From Tubulanus polymorphus (Eukaryota > Animalia > Nemertea), in contig NC_134028.1 in assembly GCF_964204645.1 (NCBI RefSeq), forward strand, positions 8,618,001 to 8,682,000: a DNA stretch of 64,000 nt, in the 5' to 3' direction. The translations under genes and the position numbers were made by a program. Within the stretch, counting starts at the first letter, position 1. Each line of letters starts with the position of its first letter. The notes beneath the pieces are model-generated. The model saw only the letters and a program-made list of their open reading frames with translations. It ran no database searches and was not told the DNA's origin. Below are positions 1 through 10,400 of the stretch, piece after piece.

Positions 1-121
1 TCCTATAAAAACAGTTCAGATGCACTTCTTTTTGTAAATATTCAATAGAAGTGTCTTTAGATGAGTCTTAAACTGCTCCAGAGAAGACGAATCAAACTGA
101 TTGATGGTCTATAATTTTCAG

Positions 122-454
122 ATCTGGTTTAATGGATGAAAAACGTCGTTTGGAAGCGCGAATTCAACAACTCGAAGAAGAACTCGACGAGGAGCAGACG
201 AATTCGGAATTGTTGATGGACAAAACGCGAAAGAACGTTCTGCAAATCGAGCAGTTGTCGACGGAGCTGGCGTCGGAAAGATCGACGTCGCTGAAACTGG
301 AGAACACTAGGATGATGCTCGACCGACAGAACAAAGAACTGAAGGTGAAACTGCAGGAGATGGAAACGCAACTGCGTACGAGATCGAAGGCGACGATCGC
401 TTCGTTGGAGAGTAAAATCGCGAACTTGGAGGAACAACTCGACGCCGAAGCGAA
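122..454 (+). CDS. MYH10/zip: Non-muscle myosin II heavy chain, coiled-coil tail exon (internal exon; gene starts upstream of window)
   Basis: Encodes [31 protein letters not shown]...[44 protein letters not shown], the characteristic NMII tail sequence; acceptor ttttcag ends at 121, donor gtaagt at 455. Confidence 0.95.
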
Positions 455-659
455 GTAAGTTTGGCCACTGTCCCGGAAAGCCTAGAAAACTGATTCACTT
501 GGAATTTTGTCTGACCACATGGAAAACTCAGGGGATACGTGAATGGGCAGAAAATGGCAACCACGTTGTATTATTTTATACTTGCTGGAAAAGTAGACCC
601 TGTGTACCTCACAGATTTTTCGATTCACCGTAGTCTTCGCAAAGCGATATTTCCAAATG

Positions 660-1120
660 CAGAGTTGCCACTTCTCCGGATTTCTCCGGAATTCCGGATT
701 TAAAAAAAAATCCAATTTCATTTCCGGATTTTCGGGAGAAGTCAAATAACCACAAACGAAAACATCGCGAAAATAATAAAATCAATTCGGGATTCTACCC
801 TAAACATCAAAACGTGACGGCTCCGTAGAGGGTTCGAAAAAGCCGTATTGTGCTGCCACGTTGTGGCAACAACCCCGCAGTACACGATTAAACCAAGATG
901 ATGCGACGATCGAAATCGACTGACGCTTCGTTTGTTTTTGGCTCTGGTTTATATATGAGGTGTATTTGACGGAACCAATCGTTATTTGAAAAAATGATCT
1001 ATAGGCGGTAATGAAAGTGAGGCCTATAACTCGTATTGCGCCAGAACGCATCTCCTGACGTTCTAATTTCAAAAATTTTTTTTTTTCCGGATTTTTAGCT
1101 TCACATAAGTGGCAACTCTG
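660..1120. mobile_element. MITE with 14-bp TIRs and 6-bp TSD (hAT-like)
   Basis: TIR cagagttgccactt ... aagtggcaactctg, flanked by direct repeat caaatg (654-659 and 1121-1126); subterminal tccgga repeats. Confidence 0.85.
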
Positions 1121-1533
1121 CAAATGTCAAAGAAATGCAGTGTCTTATTGTATATTAAATCATGGGCTGTGGTTGTTGTACGTAGGTATTCTATGTATGA
1201 CAGTTAAACTAGAAGTGAAACTTTTTGGACCATAGAAATTTCTCTGACTTGACGTTATAGGAGTTAGATGGTTAATGATTTTGTATGGAGGGATACTATG
1301 ACATTTGAACATATATTTCATGTTGAATGGTTGGTTATCTGAGTTGAACAGAACCAACTTAGTGGAATATACTGTATACAGAAAACCTGATTGAGGTGTC
1401 CAGGACTAATCTGTAAAATGATGAAATATTTTGTAGACTAGAAATAGCGGAGGTTCATGTCTGTTACTCATGTAATCTTTTTTTCTGGAAATGGAAGGGA
1501 TATTTTATGTTAAATACCTCTAATTATTCACAG

Positions 1534-1642
1534 GGATCGATCGCAATTGGCCAAAACCAACCGACGTCTGGAGAAGAAAGTTAAAGAATATATGATGCAA
1601 GCTGAAGAAGAGAGAAGCCACGCAGATCAGTACAAAGATCAG
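1534..1642 (+). CDS. MYH10/zip: Non-muscle myosin II heavy chain tail exon
   Basis: (K)DRSQLAKTNRRLEKKVKEYMMQAEEERSHADQYKDQ; cag acceptor 1531-1533, gtaaat donor at 1643; phase 2 matches previous exon. Confidence 0.93.
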
Positions 1643-1975
1643 GTAAATACCAATCATAATTCATCCTGTAGACCTCGCCTTCACCTTGTGTATATATGTT
1701 CCAGAATATTGAGCCAATCTTGCACATTGAACCTAGGACTCTACTTGGTATAGGCGTTTACCGTACAAGCGTATCACTGTCGTACTATATATCTTAAAAC
1801 CATCCATATGAAAAGTTATGAATATAATCACTTGCCGGTAGATCATAAAAGTGCCAGCAGCTTTCATTGAAAAAATGGGTTGTGTTTGGAAGTTTTCAGC
1901 AAAAATCCTTTACTTAATTATCTCGAAATCACGATAACAGATGGCTGCCCTGGCAATTGAATAGTTTGTTTAAAC

Positions 1976-2251
1976 TAGGTGCCCACTGACCTGGAAAACC
2001 TGGAAGACTTGGGGAATCAGAAAAATCTAGAAAATAATCAGGGAAAACTCTGGGAACGTAAAAAAATTTGCAAAGAACGCTGGAAAACTGGGGGAATTAG
2101 GATTGTAATTGACCAAGTGTTTCATACAATCAATACATGATTCATAAAAAATTGTTACATTTTAACAATTCCTTAAATTTACTCGGGTAATTATATGTTA
2201 TAACTTGGAAATATCAGGGAATTTGTAAATTGGCGGAAAGTGGCCACCCTG
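1976..2251. mobile_element. MITE of the cagggtggccact/ggaaaa-cagggaa family (related pieces at about 460-565 and 63453-63542)
   Basis: Imperfect TIR taggtgcccact ... agtggccaccctg; flanks ttaaac/ctaaac; internal ggaaaa/cagggaa repeats shared with the other copies. Confidence 0.6.
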
Positions 2252-2296
2252 CTAAACCGGGGTCGTGATATATCGGTGTATTTCGTACATTTTCAG

Positions 2297-2481
2297 ATCG
2301 AGAAGATGAATAACCGAGTGAAAGCGCTGAAGCGTCAAGTCGACGAGGCGGAAGAAGAGGTGACGAGGTTAATCGCGTCGAAACGTAAACTACAAAGAGA
2401 GGTCGACGAACACGTCGAACAGAACGAGACGTTGACGAGAGAGGTCGGACAGTTGAAAACTAAATTGAGGACCGGAGGAGG
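2297..2481 (+). CDS. MYH10/zip: Non-muscle myosin II heavy chain, end of coiled coil
   Basis: [61 protein letters not shown]; tttcag acceptor, gtaagt donor at 2482 (phase 2). Confidence 0.93.
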
Positions 2482-4082
2482 GTAAGTCTCATGTTTAACG
2501 CCCCCTCCCCCCTGTTCGGTAAAGGTAGCACATTGCATAAACTCGATGAAACACTGATCACATAATTAACTTGGTGTTTGGAAGTCACTGATTCATTTTT
2601 TACGTGCCGGCCCCATACTTGATATAGGAGATCGTCTATTGTGAGAAAAAAAAAACAATGAATGCAGATTTGAATTCTGACTCAATTATAGGACTTGACG
2701 AAATTATGAAAACTTCATTGACTGTAGTCCAATAGTGAACGTCATTGGTTTCCTTTCCCCGTGTGCGGATTTGTCTTGTCGCTGTTGTGTCTGTTCTTAT
2801 CCTCCACATTTCCTAGTTCAGGTTGATGTACATCAATCCGCTGGAGTGAACTTACTAATTTTGACGCAACCTGCCCTCAGGTTTGCACATGTTCAGAAGA
2901 AACATTTGCCTCTATCACTGTCAGCATGTTACAAACAAAACCTGTTAATATTTTTACTAACACACTTAAGTATTTTTGTCGGGAGAGTGCAGATCTTGTT
3001 GTTTTGTACTCACAGGGTTAAACGACTAGACACGCCACCTATAGGTACGTCTGGCTAATTCACTAATTGCATGCATGCTTCGTAATCAATGATTGTCCGC
3101 ATTTTGTATCTATGACATGGCTAATCCAGTATTGTATGAAAACTCTTCTAAAATTGAATCCGTAGATTATGAAATATAATTGAATATTTCTTGACTTCAG
3201 AAAGTGTTTTGGCTTAATGCAGTTTGTGAGAATTGTGAAATGCGCAGTGTATTAGTTATAACTCATCCAGTCACTGTCCTGGTCCAATTTGAATCAATCT
3301 AGGTCAATCTGCAGCCTGAAATGACCCCTTTGGACATTCATCATTTCAAATAGTCTCGATGATGAATTAAGAACTTTTGGTGATAAAATGACTGATGTAA
3401 ATGTCAGAGGTGAAGTCCTGAACGTACGTAGGTGAAGATCGAAAAAAGAATGGTGATCAGATGAAGTATTGAATATTACTCAAAGGATGAGTCCAGACAG
3501 CAGATTGCGGCGAGGGGGGTTAGCAAAGCCTCGAGATGAAGCATGCATGATGAATGTTTGACCCTGTGTTTTGAACAATGCTTATCCTTCACTCGTTCCT
3601 TCACTGCACGAAATAATCATATTGCTTTAATAGTTGACGAGATTTTCTCGTGAAAACGGCTGCCCGGATGCTCGAAAATGTTGAGCGGCATGTTAGTTTA
3701 ATGTGTACTGTTTTATATTTATATCCATTGCTAACTACAGGTATTCACTACAGCAGTAAGTTTGACTCACTCTCTTTCTGTAATCTAACCTCCTCTGACC
3801 ACCTTCAAACAGCACAAATACAGGGTACCTAGAAATATGTTGTCTACCTACGTATATGTTAGCCTAACTCCCACGCAGCATGATGACCTCTGAGAATTAT
3901 TTGTATTGGTTTTTTTTATCTGTTCATTCAGAGGAACCTATGCTTACGCCAGATTCGTGTTTGACAAATACCGGTAGTGACTGGCTTTTATTTCTTGGAT
4001 TTTTCATGTGTAAACGCATACATTTTGAGAAAGCGTCAGTTTTCTACTGAGTGAAGTTAGCTCGGCTTCGTCAATAGTTTTT

Positions 4083-4410
4083 CATCCTCCTTGGGCAGGG
4101 ATTCGAATCTGATGGCATCTCGCGATACTCGGCTACGGCACTTAGTCTGATTAGCACGAGTGCGTGGGTACATGCTCAGGTTAGCCGCGCAAACATTCGA
4201 GGCACCGATCAGATTGTCCGTTGTATAATTTTTGAGGTCAACGGATAACCATAAATGGAGTGACCCGGGCTATGAAGTAAAATGAGATTTCTAATTGGCC
4301 AATAATGACATCAACAAAGTTGCACATGTACATGCGCACTCAGGCTAATCAGGTTTCGGCCCGTGGCAGTCTCGGTGCCATCACGATTGAAACACTGCCG
4401 ATGGAGGATG
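4083..4410. mobile_element. Fold-back MITE with about 90-bp diverged TIRs (family also at about 5310-5575, 52992-53560, 56365-56400)
   Basis: Left arm catcctcc..ggcagggattcgaatctgatggca..ctgattagcacgagtgcg matches the reverse complement of 4320-4410; the ggcagggattcgaacctgatg motif recurs at the other sites. Confidence 0.65.
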
Positions 4411-5675
4411 GTTAGTAACCTGATTGGTTATTTTCCCTAGATTGCATCTTTTGACAATCATACGTATATTTATGCCGTCGCTTCCCATTGCCAGAATACC
4501 ATTTTCTCGGATTTTGCCGTGAATCTAGCCTACTCGAAAAAAATCTTGTGCGGGAGGGTTAAGCTTGTCCTAGGGGGTGTTACGGTTCAGTCGGTGATAT
4601 CCTACTGTAATCAAAAGCTACCTCTAGGCGTATTAAAGATAATGCAGCAAAGCAGTCAGGTAAAACAGGGAAATGGTAAACAGGGAATTTGCAAATTTTA
4701 GGTTATTGGAATTGCTATTTTTGCATTATTAGTTACGAAATATAAGGAAGACTTCAGGAGATTTATAGATTGTAGAATATGAAAGAAAAAAGAATCCATG
4801 GTACCCATAGAGAATCCATGAATCCATTTCATGCAGTTATCGATCTACGGCTTGGACCCATCCTCGTCATAGGTACAATTCTTCAGTCAACCTCACCAAA
4901 CTCAGACAAATTGGGATCGGAAAAATTGGTCCGAGTTAAGCTAAAGTCCGCGTTTAGAATCACGAAACGCATGTACGAAGTCAGAATATGATTTTAGGTT
5001 TTTGTCCCAAGTTGGCCTCGTATGAGTTAGGTTAGGTCGACTGTATCGTAATTCAACCCGCTTACCGGTTTTAAAACCAAGAAAAATAATGGTTATGTCA
5101 GGGTTTGATTCGATTATTACACAAACACACAATCGGATTTCAGGTACAGCGGAACCTCGTTGATACTAATCTTGTGGGCTAAAGGAATATTGACTTTTGT
5201 ATCATCCAAATCTGGATTGATGTAAAATATCTCAGCCGGGACATGCTGGAAATCATCGCAATAAACGGGCTTCGTCTTAAACAGAATTGTATTAACGAGG
5301 TTCGACTGTTTGGCTGTGGCGAAGTCTCCGATGCCATCAGGTTCGAATCCCTGTCAAGGCATCCTCCCTTTGCTTCGAACCTGATGGCTACACTCAGCCA
5401 CGGCACGAACCCCTGCCACACTAGACCAGGTGTGCAGGTACATGCGCATCTTTGCGGCGCCAATCAGATTACTCGTTGTATACTCGCTGAAGTAAATTTC
5501 ATGGAAGAACTATAAATGGGAAAACCCGGGCTCAAATAAAACGGGATATCTGATTGGCTAATAATGACATCTGAAAAAAATGTCAAGGGAAATGTCAAGG
5601 GAGAATACGTAATTCATTAAACATAACTAACTTCGAATATAGCAATGAACATATTGTCGTTTCGTATTGTTGCAG

Positions 5676-5784
5676 GAGAGTAAGCAGGTCATACATGAGC
5701 AGCGGAAGAGGGAGCGCCGGACTGAAAGTGGACATCGCCGACGACGGCTCCAACGACGACGACAACAAAGAAAACGACGAATGA
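5676..5784 (+). CDS. MYH10/zip: Non-muscle myosin II heavy chain terminal exon (non-helical tailpiece)
   Basis: tgcag acceptor 5671-5675 with an upstream ACTAAC branch-point-like motif; in phase 2 it reads (G)RVSRSYMSSGRGSAGLKVDIADDGSNDDDNKENDE-stop, a Ser/Arg then acidic tailpiece typical of NMII. Confidence 0.8.
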
Positions 5785-7531
5785 TCGTTACCATGACAAT
5801 AGCCGCTTACCTTGTTGATATAATATATACGTATATTACATATATATGTATGTATATAGATATATATGTATATATATTTATATAGATATATAAATATGTG
5901 TATGTATATGAATTGTGATATATTCCAGAATACTTGATAAATCGTCACCTTAATTAATGCATGCTGCCGGGACGTAATCTGTTAGAACCGGTCGTATGTT
6001 GTCGCAATAATCGAGAATGATGCGATACGCAGAATCAAAAACGAATGAATGTATACTAGATGCGTATAAGTATTAGCCCTAGATCTTTATATTTGAAATC
6101 TGGAACCGTCGTGTTGGGGATAGGTGTTTCGGGGGGAAAAAATTCTGGGGGGACGTCGTCGTCGTCGAATGAACACATCGCGCGACGAGGGACCAGCGCT
6201 CGATCTCGTGTACACCGTTAATACCTATCTCTCTTTTCGACAATCCGCCGGGGGCTCTGCTGATCTTTCAAGAAATATAAACCCCTTATTCTGCTAGAGA
6301 ACGGCGCATTTTCCGTAATTGATTTGCCGCCGCCGCGACCGGTTACGAATTTTCGCGGCGCGACGGTGGCGACGAATTTTTTTTTTTTCCCGTTTATTTT
6401 TCGGTTCGATACGGATCCGGCGAATCCTGTAGTAGTACGTACGCGGATGGGAAAAAAAAAAACCTGGCTGGATCGAGGTAGTCTTCCATTAGGCTGTCGA
6501 TAGGCTTTTATCGCGTTGTTGTAACGTTGTTATTCGTGATCGTCCGCGAGACTACCGAAAAGCGGAACGAGTTATCGTCGTGTTATTCGCTTGAAAATAG
6601 CTAGGCCGCGTTTCTCACACGGTAGTTTACGTAGCGAACTGTTGAAACTGCTATGGTTGCAGTCCTACGGAAGTCCGGTCTAATTATTACTATTATTTAC
6701 TAATTAATTTAGTTACTTGATTATGATAATTGATGAATAGCTAACGATATTTACTACTATTGATTTTATATATCTTCCTAGTGGCCAATTATAGTATCTC
6801 TTATTATGTGACTACGTTGTTGATATGTCATTTCGAGATTACGACTGGTCTCTTTGATATATCGAGATGAAGCCATCGACATTATCTACACGTCGCTTGT
6901 AGTGTACTGGATGATGAATTATATGAATATTACAATTACTATTATTATAATTATTATTATTATTAATTATTATCTAACGTCTGTATATTTTTGTGTGAAT
7001 ACCAAGCTCTAATGTGTGCTAATAGAATAGATACCTTGTACGAACCCCTCCTCTCTCTCTCTATCGCTCTCCGAGAGACGACTCCATCCCCCTAATTCGG
7101 TAATATCGATTACAAACCACCTTAAATCATAAAAAAACGGGCTGATGATACGGATGGAAAAATGTATCGTTTAGATATTAGAATTTTTTACCTCCGTTTA
7201 AAAACTTCTATCTGCGGTGGTTTGTTTTAAAAACGTGCGAATTAATCGGTTCCCTATTTTTATACAAAAACTTTCAAAACGCCAATTTTTCGATTTTCAT
7301 TTCCACAACTGCGTTCAATCGGGTTTCGTTCGTATGATTAGCGTCGATGAATGCTCCATCTATCGGTGTTCGACGGCACTGATTATTCAAACGAATCCCT
7401 TTTGTGTATGAGAATTAGCTGCGTCTAAATATTCTCTGTCAGTCTTCAGTTTTATTTTTGAGCTTTATCGTGTAGGCCATCGATAATTATACAAACCGTG
7501 CGCAACCATTAGTTGCTGTATCAAGAAATGA

Positions 7532-7537
7532 AATAAA
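7532..7537 (+). terminator. Probable polyadenylation signal of myosin gene (3' UTR about 1.75 kb)
   Basis: AATAAA followed by a T/GT-rich downstream stretch, at the end of a UTR-like region after the stop at 5784. Confidence 0.55.
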
Positions 7538-8950
7538 AATTCCTTCATAATAACTGGATGGTTGTCTCGATGATTTTTTGAGGTAGTTTATTTTGTCTCG
7601 TGTATGTTACAGTAGATTCCCAACTGTAATTGATAAGGACCATTTATAGAGGAGCCGTATTAACTTGGTGTTGAATCAGTAAAATGAAGAGGTAGATGCA
7701 GTAGACTCCGCCCGAGTCGGATCCGATCAACTCTGTTAACCGCTAAATAATTTTTGTGATTTTATGAAATACATGACATCCAGCTCGGATATCACTCAAG
7801 TCGGACACATTTTTACGGTTCCTAAAGACCTGATTGAAGTCTGTCTACTGTAGTACTGTAATCTACCTGATGAAGCTTCTAACTTGCGTTTGATATAGGT
7901 GATGATTATATGAAAATCTGGTTGATATTAAGTCCTTATGTCAACGAAAAAGAATGAGTTGGATTGGGCAAATTTGTTCTCTGAAGAATGTTGGCCTTTG
8001 CGAGCAGTGGTATTATAAAGGGATGGCGTTTTAATGGAATTGGCTGTTCCTTACACTGAGAAAGTCGTCTTTTTAGTTTGATTACTTGTTTGATAGATTT
8101 GGGAGCCAAGTAATCCAGCTCCAATGACATCGAAAATGAACAGAATTTCACTGCGTAAGATGAGAAAAAACTTTTATTTCACCAGACTTAACAAAGCTTT
8201 ACGGAGACATCAATACAATTTAGATTCCTGCAAAAGAATATACCCCAGTATTTATTGAATGATTTTGTTTCATTTACCAACGCTCAAACCCGTTACGGTG
8301 TTCGAGAAACAACACAAAATTATTAGAAAAAATCGACTTCGTTAAATCAACGAAGAAAAGTGATACAAAGCAATGACAGATATGTACATAGGGGTACAAA
8401 TGATAATCGAGACCAATTATTAAGTATATAAATATCATTTTTAAAGACTTACAAAATAATGCAAGATCTTGAGGTGCGATTTGAAAGGTTAGTTCCAATA
8501 GGTCATTTTCAAAATCACACCTGATAGAAATTCTTTCAAATACAAGTGATGGTTTTCGGAAGAACAGGATAGTATAGAATGAAATAGAAGTTCAAACTCT
8601 AGCCAAATGATTGCTGTACATAGAGGATTATAATAAATACTGTACGTACATAGTACCAGGGTAGTTCAATTGACACTAAGTAATTAACAGAAACATTACA
8701 CACTGAAATAGGGGAAATATAAAATGAAACTCTTCGCATAATTCAACTTATCACAATCAGAGCAGTCTCTGTATATTGACGTCTAATTAAACACTTGCTC
8801 AGATAAGATGATTTATTACTCTCCTATACCATTTCCATGCTATGCTGAGGGAAGAAATGATATTGTCTACAAATATATCAAAATATAACAAGGTTAACAG
8901 TCCTTAACATGGTTAAACAAGTATATGAATGCATAAATCATAAAACAGCA

Positions 8951-9021
8951 TGCATCGGCCGGGAATCGAACCCGGGCCCCCCGCGTGGCAGGCGAGAATT
9001 CTACCACTGAACCACCGATGC
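8951..9021 (-). tRNA. trnG-GCC: tRNA-Gly(GCC)
   Basis: Reverse complement GCATCGGTGGTTCAGTGGTAGAATTCTCGCCTGCCACGCGGGGGGCCCGGGTTCGATTCCCGGCCGATGCA, a 71-nt cloverleaf with A and B boxes. Confidence 0.97.
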
Positions 9022-10119
9022 TCACACTTATATGGTGAGAATATCATCAACTACTGTATAAACGTCGAGTGCTGCCATTAACTATATCAACGATAAATAT
9101 GTGAACTAACTTTGTTCCACAATATACACGGCGGCGTGTGAGTGTTTGTCACGTATATACTTGTTATATTTTTTAAAGGCAAGTTTATATTTGCTGTTAA
9201 TTGTAAATATTGTATACTTTATATAAGTCTCCCTCCATGTACCATAGAAATGGTTGGAGTGTAATCCTATTCGCCATCTATAAGGGCAGCTCCTGATGCA
9301 AGTAACAGCGATCTATATTACTCGGCATGCCTCAGTAGGAAAATAGGCAAGTCCAAGTATCAGGAGGTTAATACAATGTGAAATAATTCATTTAAGGAAT
9401 TTCGGTCAAATCAAGATGTACTCGTCTAAGGCGTGTTATCACAATACATAGACCAGTATACAACACGTTTTCGCGTCGAAAGAATGATACCTTCTTCTCC
9501 TAATCGGCTGAGTCACTTTTGTAAACTGCAATAAGATTTGTAATCAGTTCGTTTCTGCAGCTTTAGGGTCTGTTATGGCTAGTCTGATCATGATTTAAAA
9601 AAAGAAGTAATGTAAGGGTAGGCGGGTCGACTTTTAACCCAGCAGTAGCCTAGAGGAGAAACAATTACCGGTATCCATTTGACCATGGACTCTAAAACGA
9701 GTCCATGATTTAACCTTATAAATGTGCTATGATATCTCATGGCTATGATGGGGTGAAGACATTCCTAAACTCTTATTCCATTGCCCCTTCCCTATGATGC
9801 TTACAAAGAATGCAAGGTATACCATATATCATACACTAAAATCTAATCAATAATTTCAAACTGCGGAACTAACGTTATATTTAATTATCGCGATGTGAAT
9901 GAGTTGTTCTCTTTACCTATTAAAACATATCGACTTGTTTGCTTACGGTGAATATTTCATGGTTTTCAGTAGAAACAAATTGAAAACAATAAAACTTATT
10001 CTTTATTTGCGGAATCATTAATTCATAACTATTGAATAGGAGCTACTTAAACAGTAGAAACCGAATATCGACAATATTAAAACTGTAGAACTAACCGTAT
10101 TCCTTGGAAATCGAGTTTC

Positions 10120-10400
10120 GAAACGATCTTAACAGAATCTGGTGGGGCACACAAAAACAAGACTCCCAAATTGGTATAGCACATGAAGAAACATTCTAGG
10201 CGGGCGCGCAATCTGATAAGGTTGGCAATGGAGCCATCCTGACTTTGGTTCGCAATGACCCTGAATCAGTGGACCTGACGATGATCTCTAGTGAGAGTTT
10301 GAAACGTCGTGTATTTTGATTTTAATTCTTGATAAATAAAATGCGTTTTTAATCTTTTAAATTTTTTATATACGTTGGGCTTTTTGAATTTATTATTGGT
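10120..10400 (+). mobile_element. Degenerate Penelope-like retroelement 3' end with minimal hammerhead core
   Basis: Frameshifted LNR..GG..LP.W motif resembling the GIY-YIG C-terminus at about 10128-10177, then CTGACGA (10275-10281) - hairpin - GAAACGTC (10301-10308), then AATAAA. Confidence 0.5.

Noticed and set aside
129-437. Antisense ORFs overlapping myosin and unc-4 exons (also 2335-2538, 24656-24862, 25154-25414)
   Set aside because: Shadow frames of real coding exons on the opposite strand.
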